Assembly: GCA_951406725.2 (NCBI GenBank)
Contig: OX597827.1
Location: forward strand, 18,228,001-18,292,000
Reading direction: 5' to 3'
DNA: 64,000 nt
Origin: Octopus vulgaris
Taxonomy: Eukaryota
Shown: positions 49,567 through 62,259 of the stretch, piece by piece
How the letters are laid out: the number at the start of each line of letters is the position of its first letter
Position numbering within the stretch: the stretch's first letter is position 1
The notes under the pieces: generated by a model
Told to the model about the DNA's origin: nothing
What the model saw: only the letters and a program-made list of their open reading frames with translations
Databases searched by the model: none
Program-made: the position numbers and the translations under genes

Positions 49567-49950
49567 TATTCTTTTACTTGTTTCAGGCAGTTCACCGGGG
49601 GCCATGCTGGAGCACCACGTTCTAGGTCTTTTTAGTCGAAGAAATCGACCCCAAGACTTATTCTTTGTAAGCCTAGTACTTTTTCTATCGGTTTCTTTTG
49701 CCGAACTGCTAATTACGGCGACATAAACACACCAACATCGGTTGTCATGAGATGGCGGTGGCGGGGTGGTACAACCACAGTGATGTACAGAGAAATACAA
49801 ACGTAAATATACGATAACCTTCCAGTTTTCCTCTACCGAATCCGTTCGGCCCGAGGCTGTAGCAGAAGGCACTTGCCCGAAGTGCCTCGCAGTGGGACTG
49901 AACCCGGAACCATGTGGTTGGGAGGAAAGCTTTTTTCCACACAGCTGTGG
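49567..49950 (-). mobile_element. Diverged SINE-A, inverted
   Basis: Reverse-complement match. Confidence 0.82.
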
Positions 49951-50025
49951 CTATATATATGTGTGAGTGCGCGCGCGTGCGCGTGTGCGTGTGTGTGTGT
50001 GTTTGTGTGTGAGTGTGTGTGTGAG

Positions 50026-50071
<46 letters not shown>

Positions 50072-50188
50072 CATCTATATACGTATGTGTGTGTGTGTGA
50101 GAGGGTGAGAGTAGCTATGTGTATGACAGAAAGAAAACAATCTATACGGTGTGTGTATGTGTGTGTGTGTGTAGATGTATCTGTATAC

Positions 50189-50241
<53 letters not shown>

Positions 50242-50542
50242 TGTGTGTGTGAATGTATAAATATATATCATCTTTCATGCTGGAGCACCGCCTTGAATAT
50301 GCGTATTTTTGAAAAGGGAAGCGGAAGAATGTGTGTGTGTGTGTGTGCGCGTATGCATATGTATGTATATTTATATATGTATATATGCATATGTATATAT
50401 GTATGTACGTATATATGTATGTATATGTATAATTGTGTATATGTATGTATATACGTATATGTATGTATATGTATGTATGTATGTATGTATATATATAAAT
50501 ATGTATATATATATATATATGTATGTGTATGTATGTATATAC

Positions 50543-50577
<35 letters not shown>

Positions 50578-50623
50578 AGTATTTATATGTATATATATAT
50601 GTATATATATAAGTTTGTATATG

Positions 50624-50675
<52 letters not shown>

Positions 50676-50924
50676 CATGCATGTATGTATGTATGTATGT
50701 ATGTATGTATGTATGTATGTGTGTGTGTATAAATGTATATGTATGTATGTATATTTCTCAATCTAAATTGTCCGACGAATGGCGACGTGAAACTCTGAGT
50801 AGCAGTTTTTTTTTTGTGATATTTTTGTTATATTTTTGCCGCTTTAATAATAATAATAAAGTACGTTGCTCTACCTCCGGTATATTTTTAACCCACCTCG
50901 TTTCACATTTATGTTGCTTAGTTT

Positions 50925-50991
<67 letters not shown>

Positions 50992-51534
50992 ATGTATTTG
51001 TGTATGAATATGTAACTTTGTATGGGTGAGAGAGAGAGACAGAGAGACAAAGATCAGGAGAGAGAGAGATCAGGAGAGAGAGAGAGAGAGAGGAGAGAGA
51101 TCAGGAGAGAGAGAGAGAGAGAGATCAGGAGAGAGAGAGAGAGAGAGATCAGGAGAGAGAGAGAGAGATATCAGGAGAGAGAGAGAGAGAGATATCAGGA
51201 GAGAGAGAGAGATCAGGAGAGAGAGAGAGAGAGAGAGATCAGGAGAGAGAGAGAAAGAGAGAGACAGAAGACAGACACAAACAGACAGACGGAGACGAAG
51301 TGAAGGTGTGTCTATGAACATATACATATAAGTATGAATGAATTTCCGCTTCGATGTGTGTATGTGCATTATATAGATATGTATGTGTTTATGTGTGTGG
51401 AGTATGTGTGAGTGTGTGAATGTAGGTGTGTATACACTCAGAGTGTGTAACTGCTTTGCTTGGTTATTATGTGAGTTTGTTGTTGTAGGAATGTGAGGTC
51501 TCTATCGTGTCAGGGCATGTTTGTGAGCGTGAGT

Positions 51535-51569
<35 letters not shown>

Positions 51570-51900
51570 TAATGTACATGTGTGTATGCATGTTTGTGTG
51601 CGTGAGTGGTGTGTGTGTGTATTAATGTACACGTGTGTATGCATGTTTGTGTGCGTGTGTGTGTGTGTATGTGTATGTGTATGTATCTATTTTAAGTGAC
51701 AAATATATATGTGTGTGTCTGAGTGTGTGTGTGTGTGTGTGCGCGCGGTCGATGATGTATACGAATACATGCTTATGCATATGTACTAGTGTGTGTATGT
51801 GTGTGTATATGAGGTTTTATGTATGTGCATGTGTGTGTCTTAGAACGTGTGTGTGTGTATATATCTGTATCTTATGTCAGTGCATATACATAAATGTTTA
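49951..51900. repeat. TG/TA/TATG block including a TCAG(GA)n minisatellite at ~51028-51265
   Basis: Seen directly. Confidence 0.88.
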
Positions 51901-51919
51901 CATAAATGTCTATATATGT

Positions 51920-52695
51920 GAAGGTGCATAGCTCAGTGGTAAGAGCGTCGGGTTTACAACCATAAGGTAGTCAGTTCGATTCCTGGATCCGACTGTGTGT
52001 TGGTGTTCTTGAGCAAGACACTTTATTTTGGTCTCAAGCATTTGTCTTATGAAGAAAGGCTGAAGACGCTCGACCTTTATTCTCTCGAAAAACGACGACG
52101 CCGTGGTGACCTCATTCTTACTCACAAGATCATAAGCGGAAAGTGTAACCTCTCGAAAGAGCTGTTCTTCACTCCTGCTCCGGAGCGTCGACTGCGGGGG
52201 TCACTCCGAAAAGCTCTATCTACGACGATTTCATCTCAATCGAAGGAGAGGGGCTTTCTCCGTCCGGGTTGCGGATCCGTGGAATAAGCTGCCGGACGAG
52301 ATAGTGACGATGCCGACGACCGCTCGGTTCAAAGTCTCTCTTGACCAGAAATGGCCTGAACTCGTTGTATGACCACCTTCCCTGTACATCACTCCATGTC
52401 CCACTACATGGCTTTGCTTTTGCTTTTTGAGCAAATAAAAATTGAATTGAATTGAAAAAGAAAATTTTCACATGGCTCCAGTTAACTCAGCTGTAGAAAT
52501 GAGTTGTGACGTCACTGATGCCAAGCTGTATCGGCCTTTGCCATTCCCTTGGATAACATCGGTGGCATGGAGACGGGTGGCTGGTATGCATAGGCGAATG
52601 CTGGTCTTCCATAAAAAACGTAGCTCGGACTTGTGCCTTAGAGGGTAACTTTCTAGGTGCAATCCCATGGTCATTCGTGACCGAAGGAGGATTTT
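51920..52695 (+). mobile_element. CORE-type SINE interrupted by a CR1 3' fragment
   Basis: Head 51920-52030 resumes at ~52463 (ATTTT duplicated). Tail CCATGGTCATTCGTGACCGAAGG also occurs at ~13336. Confidence 0.78.
52031..52462 (+). mobile_element. CR1 3'-terminal fragment, same family as 23473-25042
   Basis: GLKHLSYEERLKTLDLYSLEKRRRRGDL.. plus a 3' UTR with ATTGA tail. Confidence 0.88.
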
Positions 52696-52697
52696 AC

Positions 52698-52885
52698 TCG
52701 CAGATAGAGCTTTTCGGAGTGACCCCGCAGCCGACGCTCTGGAGCAGGAGTGAAGAACAGCTCTTTCGAGAGGTTACACTTTCCGCTTATGATGTTGTGA
52801 GCAAGAATGAGATCACCACGGCGGCGGCGTTTTTCAAGAGAATAAAGGTCGAGCGTCTTCAGCCTTTCTTCATAAGACAAATTTT
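52698..52885 (-). mobile_element. CR1 internal fragment, inverted
   Basis: SYEERLKTLDLYSLEKRRRRGDLILAHNII..LRGHSEKLYLR. Confidence 0.88.
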
Positions 52886-53154
52886 TTTTTGAGAGTTAAA
52901 AGGTCGAGTTGCGTCCCCTAGACAGTCTGTGGTTTGTGTTTCTGATTCTCGACCCCATGTCGAATTTATCGATTTTTTTCAGAACTGGGGGAACTTTTCA
53001 AAATTTTCGCTGCGTTAGTTTTGAATTATGACATTGGGTTATGTGTGTGTCAAGTTTCATCAGAATCGGTTGAAAGCCGTGGTCAGAGTGAGGGTACAAC
53101 CTAACAGACACACAGACACACACACAGACAAACTGCCGTTTATATAGAGAGAGA
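52880..53154 (-). mobile_element. 3'-truncated non-autonomous Helitron
   Basis: Reverse complement of ~45756-46024. Confidence 0.82.
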
Positions 53155-53197
53155 TAAATATATACAAATTATAAAAATAATTTTAAAATATATACAT

Positions 53198-53278
53198 TAC
53201 AGTATTGTTTATACTTCGCGGATTTTCACCTATCGCGGTGAGGGACGTAACACCCGCGATAGTCGAGGGATTACAGTA
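53198..53278 (+). mobile_element. Tigger/pogo-like MITE 3' end
   Basis: CGCGGATTTTCACCTATCGCGG..CCCGCGATAGTCGAGGGATTAC(A)GTA. Confidence 0.5.
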
Positions 53279-53291
53279 TATTATTACGATG

Positions 53292-53894
53292 AAGGGCGGC
53301 GAGCTGGCAGAATCGTTAGCACGCCGGGCGAAATGCGTAGCCGTATTTCGTCTGTCGTTACGTTGTGAGTTCAAATTCCGCCGAGGTCGACTTTACCTTT
53401 CATCCTTTGGGGGTCGATAAATTAAGTACCGGTTACGCACTGTGGTCGATGTAATCGATTTAATGCCTATGCCTGTCCTTGTTTGTCCCCCTCTGTGTTT
53501 AGCCCCTTGTGGGTAGTAAAGAAATAGGTATTTCGTCTGCTGCTACGTTCTGAGTTCAAATTCCGCCGAGGTCGACTTTGTCTTTCATCCTTTGGGGGTC
53601 GATAAATTAAGTACCAGTTACGCACTGTGGTCGATGTAATCGATTTAATACCTATGTCTGTCCTTGTTTGTCTCCTCTGTGTTTAGCCCCTTGTGGGTAG
53701 TAAAGAAATAGGTATTTCGTCTGCTGCTACGTTCTGAGTTCAAATTCCGCCGAGGTCGACTTTGTCTTTCATCCTTTGGGGGTCGATAAATTAAGTACCA
53801 GTTACGCACTGGGGTCGATGTAATCGATTTAATACCTATGTCTGTCCTTGTTTGTCCCCTCTGTGTTTAGCCCCTTGTGGGTAGTAAAGAAATA
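53292..53894 (+). mobile_element. SINE-B tandem array: one head + three bodies, 184-bp period
   Basis: Units restart at GGTATTTCG at 53527 and 53711. Confidence 0.92.
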
Positions 53895-53896
53895 TA

Positions 53897-54036
53897 CTGC
53901 TCATTTTTGCCAACTGAGTTTACTGGAGCAACGTGAAATAAAGTGTCTTGCTGAAGGATACAACGCGTCACCAGAAATTGAACTCGCGATCTTACGATCG
54001 CGAGCCGAATACCCTAACCACTAATCCACGTGACCT
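53897..54036 (-). mobile_element. CORE-type SINE fragment
   Basis: Similar to 43450-43684. Confidence 0.68.
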
Positions 54037-54334
54037 CATTCCCAGACATCAAATTCCACTTCAAATGAACGAGATTTCGAAACGTCGAGCAAATCCAAGA
54101 GGGATGCGACGAGGCAGCTTCTTCTTATCGCCAAAAATGGAGTTCCAGGAATGCTTCCATCAATGGCTTCAGAAGGGAATTTCTTTGAAGAGGATTAAAT
54201 GCTAGACTGATAGGTATTGTAGTCTCCTTTTTGTAACACTAATCCCGATGTTTTGAACCAGACCTCTTGTATGTATGTATGTATGTATGTATGTATGTAT
54301 GTATGTATGTATGTATGTATGTATGTATGTATGT

Positions 54335-54722
54335 GAGTGGCTGTGTGGTAAGTAGCTTGCTTATCAATCACATGGTTCCGGGTTCAGTCCCACTGCGTGG
54401 CACCTTGGGCAGGTGTCTTCTACTATAACCTCGGGCCGACCAAAGCCTTGTGAGTGGATTTGGTAGACGGAAACTGAAAGAAGCCCGTCATATATATGTA
54501 TATATATATGTGTATGTGTGTCTGTGTTTGTCGCCCCAACATCGCTTGACAACCGATGGTGGTGTGTTTACGTCCCCATAACTTAGTGGATCGGCAAAAG
54601 AGACCGATTGAATAAGTACTAGGCTTCTAAAGACTAAGTCCTGGGGTCGATTTGTTCGACTAAAGGCGGTGCTCCAGCACGGCCACAGTCAAATGACTGA
54701 AACAAGTAAAAGAGTAAAAGAG
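54335..54722 (+). mobile_element. SINE-A inserted in (TATG)n
   Basis: Full copy flanked by TATG repeats. Confidence 0.88.
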
Positions 54723-55620
54723 TATGTATGTATGTATGTATGCATGCATGTATGTATGTATGTATTTATGTATGTATGTATGTATGTATGTATGTATGTA
54801 TTTATGTATGTATGTATGTATGTATGTATTGTATATATATGTATAACCTATCTATATATATATATCTATATCTATATGTATATTTATACCTATGTGTATG
54901 AACGAATACGTATATATATCATCTTTCATATCTTTTACTTGTTCCAGTTATTAGACAGCGGCCATGCTGGAGCACTGCCTTGAATATGCATATTTTTGAA
55001 AAGGGAAGAAGAAGAATGTGTGCGTGTCTGTGTGTTTATGCGTATTTTGCGATGTGATATAATATAAATTACGGTTTTGATACCTAAAAATTTCAACTTC
55101 ATTGCTTATATTCTTTTGCTAAATGCCGAATTTCAATCTGACACACCTACGGTTTGAAAAATTAGATCCTTCCACCTGAACAAAATAAATTTATCAGCCC
55201 ACTAAATTCTTTCCGCCTCGCTGATGATTGCACGCTTACATGAAACCTGATAAAGCTCACGGTCCAGGAAATGTTATGTCTACATCGACATAACATTTTA
55301 TGTGACTGTGTTTAAACAGCATATATAATTATATGTGCATTAGAACAGTATGTGTTTGTATATAGGTCTGTCGGTCTGTCTGTCTGTGTATCTGCCTGTC
55401 TGACTATCTGTTTGTGTGTATGTGTATCTATATGTGTGTGTAAAGACCTTAGGTTCAGTCTTCCACTATAGGCACCTTGGGCACATTGGGCACCTTAAGC
55501 AAGGCCCTTCTGCTATAATATCGGACCCACCAATTCCTTGTATGTATGCATGTATGTATGTATGTATGTATGTATGTATGTATGTATGTATATATGTATG
55601 TATATATGTATGTATGTATG

Positions 55621-55654
<34 letters not shown>

Positions 55655-55821
55655 TGTATGTATGTATGTATGTATGTATGAATGCATGTATGTATGTATG
55701 CATGTAGGTATGTATGTACGTATGTATGCATGTATGTATGTACGTATGTATGTATGTATCTATATCTATGTGTTCGTGTCTGTATTTGTGCTGTGTTTGT
55801 CCCCCAGCACTGCTTAACAGC

Positions 55822-55859
<38 letters not shown>

Positions 55860-56099
55860 TTGAGTGCTTGTGTGTGAGAGAGAGAAAGAGAATGTGTGTG
55901 ACAGGAAGAGAGAGCGGTAGCATATGTGTGTGTGTGTGTGTGTGTGTGCGAGCGACGTACAGAGTGCGCGATAGGTGAGCCGCGATATGGTAACGGAGAG
56001 ACAGGATGCGTACGTGTGTGAGTGTATGTAAGTGTATGCGTTACCTTCGCATACGTCACAGTGTATGTGTAAGCTCGTGTGTATATTTGTGAGTATATA

Positions 56100-56460
56100 T
56101 GGTGAGAAGCTCGTTTCCCAACCACATTGTTCCGAGTTCAGTCCCACTGCGTGGCACCTTGAGCAAGTGTTTTCATCTATAGCCTCGGGCTGAACAAAGA
56201 CTTGTGAGTGGATTTGGAAAACGGAAACTGAAAGAAACCTGTCGCGCGCGCGCGTGAGAGAGAGTGTGTTCGTGTCGGTGTTTGGTCACCAACACCTCTT
56301 GACAACCGGTGTTGGTGTGTTTACGCTCCTGTTGCTTAGGTTCGGCAAAAAGTGACCTGTAGAATCTACAAACAAATAAGTAACGATGTCGGTTTACCCG
56401 ACTACAAATTCTTTAAAAGCGGTGCCCCAGCATGGTAGCAGTCTAATGACTGTAACAAGA
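56100..56460 (+). mobile_element. Diverged SINE-A
   Basis: Head and body similarity. Confidence 0.75.
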
Positions 56461-56466
56461 AACCTG

Positions 56467-56867
56467 GGATCTTTTCGGTTTGAACGGCAGTTTTTCTAGC
56501 GGTGTCATATGAAATTGTCACCCGTAATTATGACCCTAGTATCGATCTATTGCATTTCAATCTGTTTTAGGGTTAAGGGTATCTTTTTTTCTTCACAAAT
56601 GTAAATAAACCCATTCTGTTTCTTAAACGAGGGACATATTCATACGGCACGGAATGTTTTTTTTACCTCAATAGACGTCAGTGATTGGTTGAAATTGCAG
56701 AAATTGAAGAAAAAAACCAACAAACATCTTACAAACTACAGAATTTTCTCAATAAAGCCAAGAGAAAAAGATGTTTTATAAACACATTCTACCAGTATAC
56801 GAAGTTTAAAATTTTTTTAATTACCTAGAAATTATGTTAAAAACTGCCGTTCAAACCGAAAAGATCC
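56467..56867 (+). mobile_element. GGATC-TIR MITE
   Basis: Perfect TIRs GGATCTTTTCGGTTTGAACGGCAGTTTTT. Flanks GAAACCTG/CATACCTG. Confidence 0.88.
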
Positions 56868-57469
56868 CATACCTGTAACAAGCATACACCTGACGTCTCC
56901 TACAAACATGCAATTAACATCCTCACTCCTTATTACAGAACTTCACCTTTTCATCAGCTAAGAAATAAAAGGGTCTGTACCGAACCCTTTCAATTGTTAT
57001 TTTCTATCTCATTCCCCCTTTGTCATTTTCTCCTTAACACCGTCATCCTCTCCCTCTACCTCTCTCTCCTTCTCTCCTTCTCCCCCCTTTCTCTCTACCT
57101 TTCTGCCATTCTTTCTTTTAGACACACCTAGTGACACCTGGTGTCATTCAGTGACATCTCTTACTAATTACCCAAACGCACGCATGTGTACGTATCTGTG
57201 TGTGTATCTGTGTGAGTGTGTGTGTGTATTTGTATGTGTGTGTATGTGTATGTGTGTGTGTATATATATATATGTATGTATGAATGAATGTATGTATGTA
57301 TGTATGCCACACCCACGCAGACTCACACCCATACATCTTCACAGTTAGGTTTATATTCTGTTAAGAACGTAGCAAAGTATAAAGCTCGTCCACCTTCAGA
57401 TTTCACCGGCGCTATCCCACGGTAGTACTGCCAGATTTGTGTAGGGGCCGCTTCTGTAGTGGGTGAACG

Positions 57470-58045
57470 GATGTGTGTATGTGTGTGTATGTGTATGTAT
57501 GCATGTATGTATGTATGTGTGTGTATGTATGTATGTATGTATGTATGTATGTATGTGTGTATGTATGTATGCATGTATGTATATATGTGTATGTATGTAT
57601 GTGTGTATGTATGTATGTATGTATGCATGTATGTATATATGTATATATGCATGTATGTATGCATGTATGTATGTGTGTATGTATGTATGTATATATGTAT
57701 GTATGTATGTGTGTGTGTATGTATGTATGTGTGTGTGTATGTATGTATGTATGTATGTATGTATTTATGTATGTATGTATGTATGTGTGTATGTACGTAT
57801 GTGTGTATGTATGTATGTATGTATGTGTGTGTATGTATGTATGTATGTATGTGTGTGTGTATGTATGTATGTGTGTATGTATGTGTGTATGTATGTATGT
57901 GTGCATGTATGTATGTATGTATGTATGTATGTATGTATGTATGTATGTATGTATTTATGTATGTATGTGTGTATGTATGTATGTATGTATGTATGTATGT
58001 GTGTATGTATGTATGTATATATGTAAAGACATATGTATGTGAAGT
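57470..58045. repeat. (TATG)n array
   Basis: Seen directly. Confidence 0.96.
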
Positions 58046-58240
58046 GTGCGCGTGTATGTGAGAGAAGAAAAAAGAAGGAAAGAAAAAGAGAGAAAACTTT
58101 GAATTGTGTCGGACGAACGGGAGAGAAGAACTCAATACACGTTAATTATTGTTTTTCTTTTGAAACTGAAAGTGACACATTCAACGTAAACCACATATAC
58201 ATGCGTGTACACACACACACACACACACACGGTGGTGGTG

Positions 58241-58275
<35 letters not shown>

Positions 58276-58302
58276 GGTGGTCGTGGTGGTGGTCATGGTG
58301 GT

Positions 58303-58535
58303 AAAGCGGTAGGCCAGCAGAATCGTTAGCATGCCGGGAAAATTGCTCATCGGCATTTCGTCCGTTTTTTACGTTCTGAGTTCAGTTTCGACCGGGGTCG
58401 ACTTTGCCTTTCTTCTTTTTGGTGTTTCGATAAAATATGTACCAGTTGCGAGCGCGATGGGGTCGATGTAATCGACTACCTCTAGCCCCCAAAATTTCAG
58501 GCCTCGTACCCATAGCGGAAAGTACTAAAATTATT
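58303..58535 (+). mobile_element. Diverged SINE-B with alternative tail
   Basis: Head and body match; tail CCCCCAAAATTTCAGGCCTCGTACC..GAAAG. Confidence 0.75.
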
Positions 58536-58604
58536 ATTGCTGATAGTGTTTTGCTGTTTCTTTTCCCCACCACCACCACCACCACCACCACTACCATAAT
58601 CACA

Positions 58605-58850
58605 ATCTAATTCAAGATCCCCTATTTCTTGACTGATTCTCCATTCTGTTCTGAACGATGTTTTGATCAGAAGGGTATATAATTGTCTATATGAGGACAG
58701 ATATTCATTCCTGTTCCTGATAATCATATCGGGCAGGTTTGCCTTGATCTGCTTGTCAAGATTGACAAGCATGTTCCAAATTATTTAAACCACATCACTG
58801 TCATGTACCGTGGTTGTTACGTGTTTCTATCACTTCTGCAACTTCACGTC
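58605..58850 (-). pseudogene. Decayed restriction-like (PD-D/ExK) endonuclease fragment of an R4/Dong-like retrotransposon
   Basis: Minus strand reads K**KH..V...IIWNMLVNLDKQIKANLPDMIIRNRN..PSDQNI....E....DLE. This matches the WY.H.P..V..ILWD....D..I.ANRPDII pattern of R4-clade elements. Confidence 0.72.
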
Positions 58851-58902
58851 CATTTGCCTAGTTATTGCTGTTGTTTTAGTTGTTGCTGTTGTTATTATTA
58901 TT

Positions 58903-59455
58903 GAGTGAGAGAGCAGTGCATGCCGTCAAAGTGACACTGGGGTAAAATATACGAAGCCCGGTACACACATCATGACTTCCTGTCTGATAAGGGTACACCA
59001 GGCACATGCATCACAACCATATATGCACGACGTGGTGATCTCATATCAAGATAAACAGTGCATGACCTTACAAGTGGGGCCCAATTAGAATTTTCTTCTG
59101 GTTGAGCAACCCATCCCGCTCAAAGGTCTCTGAATAAGGGTTGTATAAGGATGTTGAACGAACCACCCATGTTTCCAAAGGTGAATCATTCAAACTTCCA
59201 AGAATCCCTCTTAACACATGGCTATGATGCTCCCCCACTACTTCCGCTCGTGATCAGAGATGTACATATCATCAGCCACTAAGGGACATGCTCAACTGGT
59301 TAAGGTCAAACAACTGACAAGCAAATCTGTGGTATTGAGCAGAATATTTGCTGTAGCCCATCTTTTATACCAAGACAAAACAATGTACATGATAACACTT
59401 CCAATCAGTTAAGATCAGAAGCCATGTGAGCCACTGCCTGGTACTGCATCAGGGC

Positions 59456-59458
<3 letters not shown>
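58903..59458 (-). mobile_element. (TAA)n-flanked element, copy 2
   Basis: Same termini as copy 1. Confidence 0.78.
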
Positions 59459-59528
<70 letters not shown>

Positions 59529-59549
59529 GTTATTATTATTATTATTATT

Positions 59550-60020
59550 GAGTGAGAGAGCAGTGCATGCCATCAAAGTGACACTGGGGTAAAATATACG
59601 AAGCCCAGCATACCCATCATGACTACCCGTCTGATAAGGGTACACCAGGCACATGCATCACAACCATATGTGCGCGACATGGTGATCTTATATCAAGATA
59701 AACAGCACATGACCTTGCAGGTGGGGCCCAGTTAGAATTTTCTTCAGGTCGAGTAGCCCATCCTGCTCAAAAGGTCCCTGAATAAGGGCTGCTTTAGGAT
59801 GTTGAACGAAACACCTATGTTTCCAGAGGTGAATTATTCAAACTCCAAAGAATCCCTCTCAACACACGGCTATGATGCTCCCCCACTACTTCTGCTCGTG
59901 ATCAGAGATGCACGTATTGTCAGCCACTAAGGGACATGCTCAACTGGTTAAGGTCAAACAATTGACAAGCAAATCTGTGGTATTGAGCAGAATATTTGCT
60001 GTAGCCCATCTTTTATACCA

Positions 60021-60021
<1 letters not shown>
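59550..60021 (-). mobile_element. (TAA)n-flanked element, copy 3 (one end truncated)
   Basis: In tandem with copy 2 across (TTA)n. Lacks ~80 bp at the right end. Followed by (TTA)n. Confidence 0.78.
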
Positions 60022-60089
<68 letters not shown>

Positions 60090-60091
<2 letters not shown>

Positions 60092-61660
60092 ACCTACATG
60101 TTCCGCATTCCGTATAAATCATAACATTTCTGTTATGATTATTGATGGAATTCATTTGACTCATGTTGCACAATGAACAGGGCTTACCTGTTTTGCAGTT
60201 GTTTTTCTAAGTACAGCGAGCAGATACTCCAATGTTAGTTTACTTGGAGTCAGAAGTAGAGGTTAATAGTTTTTCTTATATTTTTATTCTGTCTAAAGGC
60301 TACAATTGGTGGCTGAGGAAATATTTGTTTGAAACGAAGGTATTTTTTCGCAACATACTGATAACTTTCATGCAACACTTTTGAAATGCCAGCGAAATTT
60401 CTGTGCCAGTTAATCTCTGAAGGAATTCTGTCACATATTGTACTGCGTTTGCTAAAATTATGCGTGAAGGTTTAACTTTCTTTGCTAATCTTAGGTATGT
60501 CATTTGCTATTTCCTTCAATCGGGGTTCACTGTAAACGCGTTTGACATAATGGGGTACAAAAGCATTTGCATGTTTCCAGTAATCCCCTATTTGTTTCAG
60601 TACAAATCCTTTTTATCCTCAAAAATTGGGATTTCAGATTTGACCAAATAATATAATGTGGATTATCGGAGCGGCGGTAGAGGTAAATGTGGGATGATGT
60701 GGGCTTGGAAAATAACTCTGTCACTATTCTGCCTCCAAAAATTCAACGCTAGTTTTTGAAAAACTAAACGTAAATTTCATGTTGGACTTAAAGCCATAAT
60801 TTCTAGCATAGCAGTAACAGAAATACAAGAAGTCAATTCAACTATCCTGTGATCCTTCCTAAACGAAAAAGACGTCATCAATGAACCGTAACCAGAGTAT
60901 TGGTTCATAACTATGTAGGGATTTAAATGCCTTCAACAACAGTGTCTCGAATTTCGTCACGAAGACATTAGCGAAATTAAGTGCCATGGAGTTACCCATG
61001 GCGCAACCGCTCGTCTAGTGGTAAAATTTTTGTCCAAACTTCATTGTGTTACTTTGTAATACAAACTTCAATAACCTACACAGAAAATATGATGGAATGC
61101 TTTTGTTTGACCGTTTTACGAAGGCATTCGTGCATGCTTCTACCCGTTCATCGTAGTCGGTATTGGGATATAAGGAAAAAACATCCATGGTTACCAAAAA
61201 GCAGTTTTCGACATGGCTTCAGTGCTTAGAAAAGTTTTTGATTTTAGACACAAAAATCAAAGGTATCCCGAATATAGGAACTTGATCTTTTTGTGATAGG
61301 GAGTAGAGAGCCATCCAGCCACTCCGAAATATTATCTGTACAGCATTCATATCTGCTGCAAATTGGGCCGCAATAGGGGAATCTTTCGAATTTTTTATGT
61401 ATCTTGGGAGACCATAAAATACAGTGTTCTTTGTGACCGTAAAATCCTGGATTCGGCTTATTAATGAAATTGTTTTCCTCCATTTCCAGAATTATTTTGT
61501 CAAGTTCCTCTCTGTAATCAGGGTTTGGATCAACAGGTAATTCTTCATATGACGTTTTGTAACTTAAAACTTCTTCACAAGCCGGAATATACTCACTTTT
61601 GTCCATAACTACAATAGTACCCTCCTTATCCACCATTCTAATAACAATAGAATCGTTATT
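60090..61660 (-). mobile_element. Decayed Penelope-like element (RT + Cys-rich linker)
   Basis: DKEGTIVVMDKSEY, PKIHK, PICS, SYIRDT, TMDVFSLYPN, GCAMG, WLRFIDDVF, LFSKPT, QFLRIKRICT, KPCSLC. Multiple frameshifts. Confidence 0.88.
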
Positions 61661-61724
61661 AGCTAGACGGAGGAGTGTTTAACGTTGGGAATTTGCGAAG
61701 TTATTCCAGGACATATATCCACTC

Positions 61725-61800
61725 ATCATCAGCAGCAGCAGCAGCATTATTATCATCATCATCAACATCATCATCATCGCCTTCATCATCATCGTCATCG

Positions 61801-61832
<32 letters not shown>

Positions 61833-61866
61833 GTCATCATCAACATCATCATCGTCATCGTCATCG

Positions 61867-61915
<49 letters not shown>

Positions 61916-62085
61916 TATCGTCATCACCATCACCTTCATTAACTGAATCGTTATTACCAACACCGTTTAAATTTATTTTTGTTGTTGCTTTTTCTGCTAT
62001 TCCAGCTACTGTTGTTGTTGCTGCTGCTGCTGCTGCAGCTGCTGCTGCTGCTGCTGCTGGTGACACTGCTGCTGTTGTTCTTATA
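61725..62085. repeat. (TCA)n and (GCT)n trinucleotide repeats
   Basis: Seen directly. Confidence 0.92.
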
Positions 62086-62259
62086 TTCATTTATAAATTA
62101 CATCACCTCTTCTCATGTCTTTCCCAGGCCAGGGTTAATGTAAAGAAACAGTCAATGAATAAATAAATACATAAATAAATAAATACATAAGCAAAATTAT
62201 CCACCCTCATCATAACAGAAGGCTGAATCCATACCAGTGTTACAGCGCGGATAAAAGTA

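Noticed and set aside
54040-54272. Possible mariner 3' remnant (FFL.PKM..FQECFHQW..GNFFEED)
   Set aside because: Too short and decayed to delimit confidently.
50281-55020. ~60-80-bp duplicated segment at ~50281-50335 and ~54912-55020
   Set aside because: A SINE-A fragment plus short flank; an ordinary local duplication with no further signal.
55221-55255. CTGATGA..GAAA motif (also CTGATGA at ~12538)
   Set aside because: Stems do not pair adequately for a hammerhead.
57345-57470. Short unique open stretch between microsatellites (also ~9600-9715)
   Set aside because: No recognisable domain and no convincing splice-site pair; cannot be supported without a search.
61675-62166. Poly-Ser/His/Asp/Ala ORFs
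   Set aside because: TCA and GCT repeats; no start or splice context or domain.
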